From assembly GCA_013239625.1 (NCBI GenBank), contig MU054187.1:1931757-1995756 (forward strand): 64,000 nucleotides of DNA. The letters are read 5' to 3'. This document shows, piece by piece, positions 1 to 13,931 of the stretch. Every line of letters begins with the position of its first letter. Position 1 is the stretch's first letter. The notes beneath the pieces are model-generated. The model worked only from the letters and a program-made list of their open reading frames with translations. It made no database searches and was not told where the DNA came from. Made by a program: the position numbers and the translations under genes. This stretch comes from Lama guanicoe. Its lineage: Eukaryota.

Positions 1-104
1 GCATCCTTTTCTGAAGCCCCTCCCCGGTGCAAGCCGTGTCAGCTACTCGAGGGGTGTGCTTCGCGTCCCACAGCGACTGGAGACTGGCCTCTTTAGCACT
101 TAGG

Positions 105-200
105 TTCTGCCCATCTTTGGCTTCATATATTTTAAGGCCATGTTATTAAGGGTGTAGACAGTTAGCATTTTTACATCTTTCTGGTGAATTAGCTCATCTT
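105..200 (-). mobile_element. Old L1M fragment (antisense)
   Basis: 'ttggcttcatatattttaaggccatgttattaagggtgtagacagttagcatttttacatctttctggtgaatt' resembles antisense L1M ORF2-region consensus as recalled. Confidence 0.45.
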
Positions 201-460
201 TGGATTCTTTAGGGATCTCTTCCAAGCTGTTTCCCTGTATCTATCTCTGTCTCATGCTCAGCCCATTAATTAACAACGGAACGACTATCTAAGGTTGGTC
301 ACTGTCACGGGCTCTGTTTGGATCAGACGCACGGTGGACAGCTCGATGCTGCCTGTTTTTAAGTGCACTGTCACATTCCTGGGTGGTTAAACTGGCAAAA
401 TATTGTGTTTTTATGGTAATATCAGAATTGGCTTACAACATTTCAGCGAGCGTTGCCTTT

Positions 461-520
461 TCATTCATACATCCAACATTTGTTAAGCACAGCCGTGCAC
501 TCAGCCTCAGCTAGATGGGA
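461..520 (-). mobile_element. L2 3'-end fragment
   Basis: 'tcattcatacatccaacatttgttaagcac...' matches the antisense L2 tail (cattcattcaacaaatatttattgagcac). Confidence 0.45.
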
Positions 521-3239
521 AACCCCTCCCGGCCCTCAGGGCGGCCACACCCCAGTAAGAGGAGTTGAAGGGTCTCTGGGATGGCAGCATTGTCCGTTCC
601 GAACGTCGTCGCGGTGGATGTGACGTGTGTGTGATTTTTCTCTAATTTCAGGACTTGCGTGACAGCCCCGAGCCGGGCTAACCAAAGCAAAGCGAGTCCT
701 GACCCTGTGCTTCCAGCGCGTCTCTGCGGCGCGGTGGAGGGCGGGACCGCTGCAAAGTCCCGGGCTTCGGTCCGAACGCGGGAGCGCCCGGCGTCCTCCT
801 TCAGAATCTTCCCCAGCTGAAGGCTGGCGGCAACAGGGAGGACACACTCTTCATGGGCCCTCGCTCCTCGTCACGCCGTCCAGCTCTGCAGACTCCGTCC
901 TGGCGCGGCCGGCAATGACACAGGAGCCGTCTTTCAGCTGCAGTTTCAGACAGCTGACACTCTTCGCTAGGCTCGTGAGACCAGGGCCGAAGCAGCGTTT
1001 CCGGGATGGGGAGATTACAGCCCCCTCTCGCTCATGGGTGCCTCCAGACCCCTGTTTCTTACTTAACTGAATTGCCAACCTTTGCTTTTCTCTCTTCTCA
1101 GCCTCCAGTCGATTGGCGCCTACTGAGAAAAGACACCGGAATGAGGGGAGCAAAGGAGATTTCACAAGACCAGCTCTGCAAGGAAAAGGACTGGCTCCCG
1201 GCTGAGCCGAGCCACGTCTAAGGGTCAGCGCTTCTCCCTCCCCGCGCCCCACCACCTTGGAAATCCCTCCTGCTCGGGGCTGCTCGAGTGCAAGCAGGTG
1301 AGCGCGGCCAAGGCACGCTTGCGGGGAGGAAACCTGGAGACACCGGCTTGTGCAGCACACTTCAGACTCTCTGACAGAAGCAACAGATGGACTCATCCGG
1401 AGGAAATGAAGACATTTCAAATGTTCTGCTGTCTTTCGGACCAAATCTACCGACACCAACGTGCGTTTTTCACTAAGAGGAGAGGTATCACCAGACACGC
1501 CGTGGTGTTAAGTGAGTTGATGATCTTTTCTTGCTCAAGATTGTGGTGAAGGAGACTGTCCCAGAGTGGTGCCAAGAGCTGGTGTCACCCCCCCCAGAGA
1601 CCGGTCATGTTACATCTCTTCAAGTGACGTTTCTTCCCGTAGAAAGTTCCTTTAGACATTTTCTCTCACATGCGTGCACAAAAACACGAACTGATAAAAC
1701 CCAGTATTTATCAGATGCTTCGCCTGCGTGTCAGTCCTGCCAGTGGAGCGTGGAAATCTGTTCTGCAGGTGTAAAGTCTGGACTGCAGCGAAGCTAAGTG
1801 ACTGACCCCAGCTGCGGTGACACCCGGATTCCGCACACTCATCCTCCCACTCAGTTACTGCAGACCCGTCCCAAACTGGAGGAGACGCTTTGACCACTTC
1901 AGGGCAAAACCCAGGAACTGAGTGAAGAGTCGGAAACCCACTCTAAATCGAAGTAAAGAAATGGAGGCGCTCCTGGCAAAAAACCCCCGCCCCCAAATTA
2001 CAGGACTGAGAAGTGTCCTACACACGGCCTCCCATAGTAACCTTCCTTAGAGTGGGTGCTTCTCTCGGACAGAAACTGGTTTAACCAACACCTAGATTGT
2101 TTTCACGACTACACTGTGACAGATCAACACGGATGGGGGCTGTTCAGAAACTGTGACCCCTCCCAGATCAAAGGGCGTAAACACGGCACAGTCATTGATA
2201 CCGACTGAAACTCTCTTTCCAAAAAATGTGTGTGATGAACACGATACCCCATTTTAATTGTCAAAAACACAGCATCCAACAAAGGAGAATGTCCCCAAAG
2301 AGGAGCAACGGCTTAAGACCATGAGACCCAGAGACCAAACAGCATTTGGCCATCTCTCCTGGGCCTTTTTTTCAGTGTGACTAGTAGTTGAAATTAATTA
2401 GTAATTTTTAAAAAATCTTACTAAACCTGTAGCCTTTGGAGCAGGGGAATGACCACTGATACATGGTGCTTGAGCCACTAGACCCTGGAGCCTTCCCCTT
2501 TTCCCAGCCTGTGACCCTGACCTGGACTGGAACTCCGCTCTGCAGGAGGAAGACAGGTGGCCACAGTGTTTTCTTGACGTTGGAAACACTTCGATTGACT
2601 TTGCATAAATTAGAAGCTCAGTGAAGCTTACTGAGGAGATCCCTGAGCTAGTGTCTCTGCAGGATCATGATACTGCTTTCGCTTGGGAGTTTAATGTTAA
2701 GACAGGGTCTTGGCTGTTTCTCTGTCTGGTTTCAGATCCTATGTTCCACCTTGAAGCTAATTAAATGCAGTCTGGCTGCATGCGGTTTGTTCTCTAAGTT
2801 CCAACCCCGGTCTCATGTGGGAAGCACCGTGGCAAGTGTCACAGGGAACCCCTGCCCATCAGCGCGCACTTTGGTTTTTTCCGTTAGGCATCCCAACATG
2901 CAAAAATAGAAGGAAAAAAAACTATTTATCATCAGAAAAACCAGTGTCAGAAAAACTGCTGTTCAATTTCTAAAAGATGGAAAATAGTCTTAAATGTTTT
3001 GACAGAGAACAAAATTCACAAACAAATGGAGAATTTGTGAATAACAACAAAATTTGGAGAAACGTTACAACCCAAAAATGTTCACCAGCTGCTTAGAATT
3101 CGAAATTCTGGTGCTTCTTGTGGATCCTTCAGTTCCACAGCACACACGAACACAACGGCCAACGGAGGCCTAAAACGAGGGTGTGAGGACGAGTCAGAGG
3201 GACGTTTCCTGAGGGACCCCAAATACGTCACGCCGAAGC

Positions 3240-3570
3240 TGGGGGAGCACTTGGGCTTCACTCACGAAGTGGTCCAAGCGTGAGCTGCTGGTCAGGGGCA
3301 GCTCCGTGCCCCGTGGTGACTCAGGGATCCAGGCTCCCTCCATATTGTGGTCCCAGCATCTCCTAGAGCCTGGAGCCTCCTCACCTGCGTTCAGGTGACC
3401 CAAGGAGGGAGGGACCACAGGACTCACACCCACTCTGCATCCCAGCCGTGGTGCACACACCCCTCTTCCTCTCACGACTGCTCCACCATCGAGAAACGGC
3501 CACCTGGCCATCCTCAGCAGCAAAAGGACTCGTGAGTGTAGTCCTTAGCTGGACAGCCACGTTTGAGCGG
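3240..3570 (-). mobile_element. MaLR LTR, MLT1J/K-like
   Basis: Diagnostic 'gtggtgactcagggatccaggctccctccatattgtgg' and 'tgtagtccttagctggacagcc' motifs. Confidence 0.6.
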
Positions 3571-6500
3571 TAAACCAGCTGGTAAACCATGATCACCGAA
3601 AACGGGGCAGCCAGAGTCTAGTGGCCCAAAGGCAGGAAAAGACAGACATGGTTTCATATTAACATCCATCAGAATAGAAATGAAAGGAGTTCTATTTCAA
3701 TAACGGGGCAGGTTGCTAGCTGTCCCTCACATCACCTCTCCCCTGTTGCTATTATTCTAGGACGTCTGAATTTTAACCACACCCACGGCTTCCCAGAGAC
3801 CCACATTCTAGCCTCCTGCTTGGCTGTGGCCCTGTCCTAAGTTCCGGCCAAGGAGAGGCGCGTGGACGTGCGTGCGCTGTTTCTGAGCCGTGACCCGGCA
3901 GGGAACAGGGCTGCTCTCTCCTTCCGACCGAGTCCCTTCCTCTGACTTGGAGGGCGTTAGCCGAGCGCGCCGGGAAGCCCCCTGGGGCCGCGCTGCGGAG
4001 AGTAAACCCCTGTGTCGGGGAGCGAAGAGACCCCGGGGCTCTGATCTGACGACAGACCTGCCTACTTATGCCGACAGTTAAATGAGAGAGAAACACACTT
4101 GATCTTGTTTAAATCTCTGTTTTCCACAAATCTCCACTACAGATGCCAAACCTATAACTAATACATATGGCGAACAATATGGAATCCTGTTCATCCCCAG
4201 CTCAACATTTAAAATGCTGTAAAAAGGGGATGAAAGAAAAGAACTCGGGCCAAAGATAGAAAATATCAATGTATTGACTCCAGTCACACAACGTGAATTG
4301 AACTCGGTATTAACGGTCTTTCTCATTAAGCGTGCGGCTCTTGAAGGCAGGACAATGGTGAAAAATAATCAGCGTCCTGCTCAAGGGCTAAGCTCATTGT
4401 CATGAAGTTCACAAAAATGCTCCTTGGTTTATTTAGACAACTGCCTGGAAATGTCCTGGAGGGTCTCTCCGTGTCCCCCTGGAGCAGAAGGTGGCAATGT
4501 TCACCAGGACACCGACCTCGTCTGCCCGACATGGACTTCAGATCCCACTCATTGCGGGGGACTGTCCTCTCTTCACGAATGGACAGAGGTGTCCACGTCC
4601 CTCTAGGCTGACCACTAGGCCAGCGTCAGTGTGAACCACAGCAAGAGAAGAGCCCCGGCCAAGAGAGGAGCACTTTGACCGTGACCTGGGGGCCGCAGAG
4701 AGACACCAGCACGGCCGCTGTTCCGGGTTGGGGCGGGAGGGGCTCCCGCCAGACGGCAGGCGCCCAGAGAGGCCGGGTGCCAAGGGAGGCCGGAGGAGGG
4801 GGCGGCGCAGGCTGAGCTCGGAGACGGGGACGAGAGGCGCGGAGCAGAGGCCTGTGGCGCGGACGTCCGTCGGGCGCACACACATGCTCTCAGCACCCGG
4901 AGCTGGGGCTGGACCTCTTACAGGCGAAACCGCAGCACAGCCACCGATCTGGGACCTCCCAGGCGCTCACATGTTTTTCTGCGGCTTTCTCAGACAAAAC
5001 ATTGCTACAGGTTTGCAGATTAAGAAGTAGAAATTCGACCTTATTGAAACGACCAGGATCCCAGCGGTGAGCGCGTGACTGGTGAGCGCGTGTCCGGCGC
5101 AGACGGGCTCGGCTCCTGTCAGACCGTGCGGGGATGACATTGCCTTTCTTGCTGTCTTTCTCACCAGCAGCCCCCTTACCCACCAGCACGTGCCCTTTCC
5201 CCCGGGGGACCGGGAGGCTGCAGGTGTCCACCCAGCTCGTGTTCCAGCCCGTACAGATCACCCATTGAATTTTTTCTTTTTGTGATAAGCTAAGCAAACT
5301 GATCCAGTCACATCTTTAAAAAAAAAAGGGAATATATTTCTATATCTTAATTTACCAAATACAGTGCATTTTTCTACTAGTCATGCGTGGGCCCTGGAGT
5401 CAGACAGAAGTGGGTTAAAATTCTAATTCAACACTCCTGATACAACCAGAGCCCACACGTATGTGCCTGTTGCTTTACACATGTACTGAGTCACGGAATC
5501 GTCACGATAGTCCCACATGGTGGGGTCCCCCGTGGTCCTGCCGTTCAGACGGGACTTGAGCCTGGGCCCTCCGCTCCCAGGAACCCTGTGCCCCACACTG
5601 GCCACGTCGCTTCCCGCTGCCCGTGAGCGGCACAGCCCAGCTTTCTGGGAAACGTGAGGGTGAAAGCAGCATAAACCCTGCGACGCTACTGAACGAGCTC
5701 AAGGCCTGAATCCTCAGTCCTCCTCTTGGTGTGTGGAAAGCGGCCAACAAGCGTCATCTGAAAGTACACTCGTTCATGCAAACCAGTCCAGCTGATCACG
5801 ACTGGGCGCCGGGTTACGGCTGAACACCCAGGCGTCCGTGCGACAGGGATGCGCCAGACCTGTGTCACATCACGCGTGCAGCGTGTGGCTGAGAAGACAG
5901 CAGGACAGCAGGTGCTGTCAGGGAGTCCCTGCCGGTCTTAGGTGTGACGATGGCCCTGCAGTTACGTGAAGAAAATGTCCTTTGCTCGAGACGCACACCG
6001 AAGGGTATGACGTTATACACTTTAAGATTCTCCGGCTGGGTGATGAGTACGTGTTTATTGTACAGTGTGTATTTGAGGTTTTTCAAAATAACTCATTAAA
6101 AGAATAAAAAAAGAACACCAGGGAAGGTGTAGTAGAGCTGAGTCTCCAAACTCCCCCCAGGAGAGTGCCACGTCTCTGCAGAGCAGCCTCGGGGGGGTCG
6201 AGGGAGGGCTGGGGTCCTCGGTTCTCCGCCCTCTGGCAGCAGCGCTGCTCTGCCGGGACCTCGTGTCTCTGACGGAAGCGACCGGAGCGCCACGCACGTC
6301 GGGAAGAGAAGGCATCGCGCCCGACCCAGCTCCTGGGTCCTCCCGGTGCCACTTGCAGCTCACGAGCGTCTCTCCGCAGAAGCCCGACTTCCAAATCTCA
6401 TGACGTCGGATTAAGTCACACGCCGCCTTCAGTGCTGCTGTTAGCTACGTATTTTAACTCAGAAAAAAATGAATTCCCTGCACTAAATGCTGGCCACAGC

Positions 6501-9279
6501 CGCTCAAATAAGACTCAAAAGAGAGCGCACAGGGCAGCTTCGAGCAGCGCTTGCCTGGTGGTCACGTTCCTGCTCGCAGCCCCTCTACTGCGGCGCAAAC
6601 TCCCGGTTCCAGTGGCGACTGAGAAACCGGGACATTTCATCAGTGCTCTGGTGGGAGAGGAAGCTGGGGGAGCAGTGAGGAGACAGAGTCCCGTGCTGGG
6701 ACTCGTGAGGGAGATTCAGCTTAGGAAGAGCATTTAATGGCCACAAGGGCATCCGCTCCTACAGGGACGGCCCGCGCTAAACCCCAGAGCGAGGCGCATG
6801 TGTGTGGGGTTAATGTGTTTTTTAATGTTGCCAAATCCTTGTGTCATCTCCCTGGTTTCACCCGCAGGGCAGGCATCCGTGTGAAAAAGAGAAGCAGATC
6901 TTCAGGTGGCGTTCAGCGTAAATCCTACTTCAAGTATTTTGTTACTTCCACCAACCTGGGTCTAGTAAGTGAGGCGAGAGGCCTGAGGGCTGTCACGAGA
7001 ACTACTAACCAGAGCTGACAACGGTTAATTTGAAGACATCACGACTCAAAGTCTGCTTCCCAGTGAAGGGTCTGTGGGACACATCTAGGAAACCTTTAAA
7101 ATTAAAAGGCAGATCAAAGATACGATGTATCTCACAAACATCTCCCAGAAAAAACATGCCTACACCACCCAAGCATTTCAAGAGTTGCAGAAGGTGCACC
7201 TCACTTTGTGCCGTCACTCCTCCGGGTCACTGCTTGATCTGAATACGTTTAGACAATAATGCGGATTGAGGGCTTGGAAAACTAAAATGCCCCTCTCCCA
7301 ATCCTTGTGCAAGGGGTCCCCGTCACTCCAGGCTGAACACACCAGGCTTCGCTTTCTCGATATCGTATCAGACACAACTGTCGGATACCAACACGTCCAG
7401 CAAAACAGGCCCCCGGGACGTAAATGATGGCGCGGGATGACCGCGAGCTGATGCAGACAAGAGCTGCGTGTGCCCTTGCCCCTGCTTTTGACGATGTCAC
7501 AACTCCCGCGTTCCACGTGTCATATCTCACGAGGAACTTCGCTTTGGAGTAAATGCTGCCATAACACATTCTGCTGTTATCTGCCCATCGTCCTCTGAAG
7601 GTAGAACAAAGTCTAGGACTGGAGCACACGCGCGCTGGTGCTGACCGGTGCCTGTTCCACAAGCAGCCCTGGCGGCGGGGCTGACTGGCCCACAGGGAGA
7701 GGACGTGCCAGCCTCCCGTCCCTGACCACCCCCCGCCTCCTCCTCGTGCTGATGGAGACGTCAGGCGTCAGTCCCATCATCAGCCTTGGAGGCACCTGCT
7801 ATGCACCAGCCAAAGTCAGCAGAAGAGGCTGACAGGCTGGACGCGCCAGTGCCCGACCCGTTCACGGAAAATGCACGTCCGTCTCCCACACCCTCCCGCG
7901 TCACTTAGGGACCAGGGACAGAGCAGGAATGAAGACAAATATGGTTTTCAGGGTTTACAATTAATTAGGGAATAAACATTCAATCAACCTATGGACTCGA
8001 TGGGATTTAATCCATGCTCAAGGCTCAGGGCAGGTATTGACCGGGCCTGGGAGCACCGAGTCAGGCGCCCTCGGGGGTCCCAGACCACCTTTCCGTCCTC
8101 TCTCCCACCTGCACAGGAACGCGGGCCGGCGGGAAGCGGGCAGCAAGGGGGGCCAGTCCCGGAGGTGCCAGGTGCAGCCCCGTGGAACCCCTGCTCCCAC
8201 GTTTGTCTGCTGCCTGCCGTCTAATCGTCTTCACCCATCGACCCGGGCGCAGGGCGGGGTTCAGTAGGGTGGGAGAGGAGGGAGCTGCTGCCTCTCCACG
8301 TGGGTCAGGAATAAGTGCACACCCAGATTCTGGAACCGGCACCCGGCTCCTTCCCGGAGACAGACACCGTCCACCTCTCGTCAGATGGCTGCCGCCCTCC
8401 CGCCCCAGCCCGGCGGCCGCACGGGGAACACAGGGCGCATCTGTCTCCGCCGCCTGCTCCTCCCAGGGCTGTCCCAAGCGGCTCTGTCTCCCCAGCTAGG
8501 CAGAAGCCCCTGGGAGGGGAGGATCTTCAATTTTTACCACCTATCTCCCAGGATTTCCCAAATCCTTCACAACTACTGAAAAAAAAATTACAGATGGATT
8601 GGCTTCCGTCAAAACAGCCTCTCCTGCAGCCTGTTTCAGGTCCACATACACGTATGGTAAGCCGGCCAGTCATGTGCCACCCGCCCCCCCCACGCAAAGA
8701 TTCTTGGATTCATCTCATAACTACAACATAATAACTCATTCTGTTAATAATTATCATGCTCTGCTGGGCAGATTGTACCAGATCCTGGAATGTGATCAAC
8801 TAATGTTGAGCACTGGGTGTTATTGGTATGTGTTCTTGCTGATCAGGGCTAGCTTTCCCCATCTGAGGCCAACCTGCGTTTTCTTCAGTCTTTCTCTAAC
8901 TGCCTTCCAAGCCGGGGGCGCTGTATTCCAAGCACATTGCAAACAATGCAAGCTGCATGTGTGTCCAAAGAGCCCATTAGTCCTGCCTTCTTCATGAGAA
9001 AAAGATTTGTGAAGTTTAAAATAACACAATAATGGGAACACACTAAGTAAAATTTAAAAGCTATACTTTGTATTTTTTTAAAAAATACAAGAGAAGTTAC
9101 AGATTTGCCCCGGGCACCTCTAGTAAACCTTCAGATGCTTCCTAGGGTGTCGGGATTACACAGTACTTAGAGAGTCTGATTTGGGCTTGCCTGTTGTTTC
9201 TTCCTTTCAAAGCCCCAAACCTTCTGGCACCCGAAGCTGGCAGGCCCGCCCATCCATTTCAAGCCTTCTATCAGATTAC

Positions 9280-9439
9280 CGGGAGCGTGTGATGTCGGCC
9301 ACAAACACGTGCGGCAGTTTGCATCCAGTACAAAGCGTGTCGTAAATAAATAGGACTAGAGGCATGTTTGGATGGCAGAGGGCGGCCTCCTGCCCATCCT
9401 CACTGAAAGGTGGCCCTGGTTTAGCACAGATAGGGTTTC
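9280..9439 (-). ncRNA. Candidate exon (160 nt) of a spliced minus-strand transcript
   Basis: Very long pyrimidine tract acceptor tttctcttttctttttccgttttctcttttttgccag|G at 9439; donor CCG|gtaatc at 9280. Confidence 0.3.
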
Positions 9440-10819
9440 CTGGCAAAAAAGAGAAAACGGAAAAAGAAAAGAGAAACACTCTGTTATCATCCAGTGAAGT
9501 GGCAGGATGTTCAGACATGAAGCATGAAGCGCAAGGAAGCATTTGAGCTTAATCTTGAAGGCAAGTCATTTCCTTTGTGCTGTCGCACGGCATCTCCCTT
9601 TTTATTTGCATTTTTGTGTGTGGCAGAACGGCCTGTTTGCCTGGAATCGTGGAGACACAAAAACATCTTGTCCAAGAGACACTGAGAAGAGAAGGAACAG
9701 AGATGAAAGGAGGGCAGAGCAGGCGGGGAGGGCTTCGCCGGAAGCAAAGACAGTCCGATGGCGGCTCGGCGGTGGGGGCCCGGCGCAGGCAGGGAGGGAG
9801 CCTCCTCCAGCGAAACCACCTTCCGCGGTTGTAGCATTATTATTATCATTATTATAGAGATAGAGAGCAGGGAGGTGCTGCAGGAGAGGATAACCTGTAA
9901 ATGCTCAGGCCCTGCATCCCAGCACAGGGCCATGGCCGTGGGGAGCAGGGGTGCAGCGGGCGGACACCCAGGGAGCCCCCGGCTGTGATGGGGTCCCCGG
10001 CCTCCCGGAAGAGGCACCGGTGCAGCTGGTCCTCAGGCCTGTCGGCAACACCAGCTGCGTGCTTCCAGTCAGCCCTTCCAGCACAAAGCCCGCGTTCTCT
10101 CCTCCGCCAGAGAACCCCAAGCAGGCACTTCACTCTCACACTCGGAAGCTGGAAGGGAAGAGGGGGCTCAAAGGGAGACCCGCATCCAGGTTCAGCCTTC
10201 ACCGTGTCAGGGAGGGGAACGGGCAGGGGCAGCTGTCAACGTGCGCCTCCCCCGGTCACCCGGAGAAAGGACACACCCTGTTGTCCCCGACCGGTTTCCC
10301 GGCTCCTTCTCCAGGGAGCGTGCACAGAGCGAAATACTTCAGAAGTTCACGTCTGTGTTCTGCTAACTACGTAAACAAATAAAAAGACCTGAAAAAGCTG
10401 AGACGGCAGGCCTCACATGGATGATTTACTTTCAACTGTGATTTACGACAGAATGGATGGAGCCTTTATACCATGTTCAGAAGGCGCTGAACACACCTCT
10501 CCTCGGGCTCCGTCAAGTCTATAAATCAGGATGGAAATTCTAGAAAGTGAAGTGGACAGTGATGTCGAAAACTCCCTGTGCAGGCGTAATTACTGCCCAT
10601 TTTTATTTCCCGGAAACAATGTCCCATCTTGGGCAGTTTTTGTAGAAATCAAAGCAAAGTCTTGACTGTAGCAGCAGCACCTGTCCGCGCCTCCTGGGTG
10701 TGGTGACTCTTGCTTCTAGTATTTGAACAATTTATGGACAATTCTCAGGAACAAGGCAGTCAAGGAACAATGATCTGGCCCCAAACTCCTGTCCTTCTTC
10801 CTCACTTCACACATCTTCC

Positions 10820-10915
10820 CAACACACAGATGAGCACATACTCTGTCCAACACACTCATACAAACACACTCACAACCACATATATTCAGATACACACTCA
10901 CACACACACACACCT
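10820..10915. repeat. Degenerate (CA)n microsatellite
   Basis: CA-rich run ending in cacacacacacaca. Confidence 0.75.
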
Positions 10916-11404
10916 GCCCCCTTGATCCCCCCTGGCCCGGCTCCACACCTGCACACCTGAACTCAAGTCATCTCTGCTTCTGCAGGGCCACACCTTCTGT
11001 CCTCTAACAGTCTGCCCGGAGCCCACACAGCCTGCAGCGACTAACTTATTATGGCTTCTTCGGTGGAGGCGTCTCAGAGCTGTTTTTCCCCGAGTGTAAC
11101 TTTAATTGCTTTTTTAAAAACTTTTGCACCTTCACGCCCCTCTTGCAAAACCTCGGCTTCTCCCCTGCACTGTGGTTCCACCTGTGTGTGCGGGTGCGTG
11201 TCACCACCATCAGAGCCCTTAGGAACGCACAGCTTGTACCCCGCCACTGTGGACTCCTTCACTGTGGTGACTAGAGCAGCATGTCCGTGGATGCACTTGG
11301 AATTGTCGGAGGATATGGAAGAAATCGCACTTCCAGTGAGTTAGCTCATTGGAAGCGGAACGTCAGGCTGCTAGAACTAATACCTTCCACTGAACCGTAC
11401 GTCC

Positions 11405-11485
11405 GTGTGAGATACTGTGTCTAATCTCCCAATAGCCCTTCACCCAGTTAATGATGGGAGAGTGAGACTCAGAGGTTGACTGTAC
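11405..11485 (-). mobile_element. MIR fragment, apparently interrupted by the adjacent L1
   Basis: 'gatgggagagtgagactcagaggttgac' MIR core antisense. Confidence 0.5.
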
Positions 11486-11489
11486 TTAA

Positions 11490-12503
11490 CGGGAGAAAAT
11501 ATTTGCAAATGATATGAATGCTAAGGGGTTAATATCCAAAATACGTAAGCAGCTCCTAAAGTCAATATCCAAAAACCCAACGATCCAGTTAAAAAATGTG
11601 CAGAAGACTTGAACGGACTTTCTTTTCCAAAGAAGGTGTACAGGTGGCCAACGGGCACATGAAAAGACATTAAACACCGGTAATCATCAGAGACATGCAA
11701 ATCAAGACAACAGTGAGACAGCAGCTCCCACCTGTCAGAGTGGCTACTTTACCAGCAAAAACCCTACAAAGAACAAATGTTGGCGAGGATGTGGAGGAAA
11801 GCGAAGCCTCGTGCACTGTCGGTAGGCATGTAAATTAGCGCAGTCACTGTGGAAGACAGTGTGGGTGTTCCTCAAAAGCTGAAAATAGAGTTAGCATGTG
11901 ACTCAGCAATTCTTCTCCTGGGTATATATTCAAAGACAACAAAAACACTAATTCAAAAAGATGCCTGCACCCAGTGTTCGCAGCAGCATTACTTACAGTA
12001 ACGCAGACACAGAAGCAACTTGAGTGTCTATCAACCAATGGCTGGATAAAGATGTGATATATTCACACACACACACACACGGGAAAACCATTTAACCACA
12101 AAAAAAGAATAAATTTTGCCCTTTGCAACATGGATGGAACTGGAGGGTATTATGTTAAGTGAAATAAGTCAGTAGGAGAAAACCAAATACTGTATGATGT
12201 CACTTACATATGGGATCCAAAAAATAAAACGAATGAATGAATGTAGCAAAACAGAACAGACTCACAGACACAGAAAACAAACCAGTGGTTACCGGTGGGG
12301 TGAGACGGGGCAAGGGATTAAGAGGCACAACTGCCATGCGCACAGTGAATAAGCTGCAAGGGTATTCTGTATGGCACAGGAAATATAACCAGCATTTTAC
12401 AATTTTAGATGGAGCATCATCCATAAAATTATTGAACCTCTATGTTGCAACCAGAGGCAAATGTAGTATCGCCAATCAACTAGACTTCAGTTTAAAAAAA
12501 GAA
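11490..12503 (+). mobile_element. 5'-truncated LINE-1 (ORF2 C-terminus + 3'UTR + A tail)
   Basis: 'gggagaaaatatttgcaaatgat', 'catcagagacatgcaaatcaagacaacagtgaga', 'gcaacatggatggaactggagggtattatgttaagtgaaataagtcag', ending 'gacttcagtttaaaaaaa'. Confidence 0.95.
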
Positions 12504-13047
12504 AGGTGAGCCAAAGGGTAATTCACATCTAGGTTGCCGACCGGCCAGGTTAAACTGGAAAGACTATTAAAATGCATGTAGAAGCTGTCAGGGATGCAGT
12601 GGATCCTTCTAAAGTCTCATCACGACAGAAGAGCGCGTGCTGACCGCCACCCGACACAGCTGCCCGAGAAGGGGCGGGGCCGCACTGCAAAGTACGGAGG
12701 TCTAAGATGCAGTCTCGGGGTCCCCCTCTGCCAGGCTTCTCCCACTCTCCGGACCCCTCGCCGACCTCCCCAGCAAACAAGTGGAGAGAGCAGGTGTCTT
12801 CTAGTTTCTGTGTAAAGGCCCACCTCCCAGAAGCTCGGACAGCAAGGCAGTCACTCTTTGCCCTCGTTGGAGCGAAGGGGTCACCGTCCTGCAGCCGGAC
12901 GTGTCCCGGGAGGGGCCGCGGCCCCTGTCCAGGGGGCTGCAGTGGCGACTCCCTCACTGAAGTGAGGAGAAGCTGTCGCGCTCTCAGCCCTGCCCTGGGA
13001 GAGGCCCTCGGTCAGCACCTCCTCTGAGGCCACGGGCCTCAGCAGCA

Positions 13048-13330
13048 CACCCTCCGACCCAGTAATTCCACGCCTGGGACTTGATCGTGGAGGAAGAATC
13101 CAGAAGACACAGAAGGATGCAGAAACACCAGCCGCCTTCCTTATCACACAAACTCTACAGGCAACGGAAATGTCCACTCAACAGGAGGGGGCTGGTTAAA
13201 CAGAAGCAGAAGGAAATGTCCTGCAGGTTTTGAAAGTCCTTTTATAAAGCCTGCTCAAGGCCGTGGTAGAAATTGTGTCACACAGCGTTAGTGGGAAAAA
13301 GTCTAAGAGCAAGAAACAACAGTTAAGTGT
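13048..13330 (+). mobile_element. Old L1ME-like 3' fragment
   Basis: 'gacccagtaattccacgcctggg', 'aaatgtccactcaacagg' L1 ORF2-end motifs, highly diverged. Confidence 0.55.
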
Positions 13331-13815
13331 GATGCGTGTTCAACTGCCCCGGTCGACCGACTAGTTTAAAGACCAGAAGACAATCACGGTGCTCCCAGGT
13401 GACAACCTGGGCTCCTACCGTCCTGTGTCTTCTCTGCTCCTCGGATTCAGAGAAAGCTATAAAAGACAATGTTTGCATCATCCAACCAGCGTAATGCAAG
13501 TGACTTTCTCTAAATGGAAGCATCTGGAAACATGCATCCAATAAAAACAAAAGGATCCCCCTGAAGCCTGTCACCACCCCACGAGCAGTTACACTGGGTG
13601 CACAGGTGACTTCCTTTTCCCCTCCTTCCTCCCGCCTCCCTTCCTCATTTCCTCTCTCTCTCCTTTCTCCTCTTACTGCTTTGCCTTCTATCTTTAAACT
13701 GAGAAAGCCCAGAGACTGTGCAGACTCAACCATTGGCAGGTATAATGGAAACCGAGAGTCTGCGAGACCTCTCCGCCCAGGCGTCCTCGGCACCCTCCCT
13801 TTCTCTTCTGTGGCC

Positions 13816-13931
13816 CTGAGCGTTCAAGCGACGCTTCTGACGGGGTCTTTGTTTAGGTAAAAGGATCCTAATGCTGAGCGTTCAAGCGACGCTTCTGATG
13901 GGGTCTTTGTTTAGGTAAAAGGATCCTAATG
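13816..13931. repeat. Tandem duplication, 2 x 58 bp
   Basis: ctgagcgttcaagcgacgcttctga(c/t)ggggtctttgtttaggtaaaaggatcctaatg at 13816-13873 and 13874-13931, 57/58 identical. Confidence 0.97.

Noticed and set aside
851..1498. 215-aa minus ORF with the coiled-coil-like stretch RLEAEKREKQRLAIQLSKKQ
   Set aside because: Non-ATG start, no recognisable family and no linked exon chain; compatible with a chance ORF
6868..6964. Plus-strand exon-like segment (cccgcag|...CTA|gtaagt)
   Set aside because: Isolated, peptide unrecognised, no partner exons found on the plus strand
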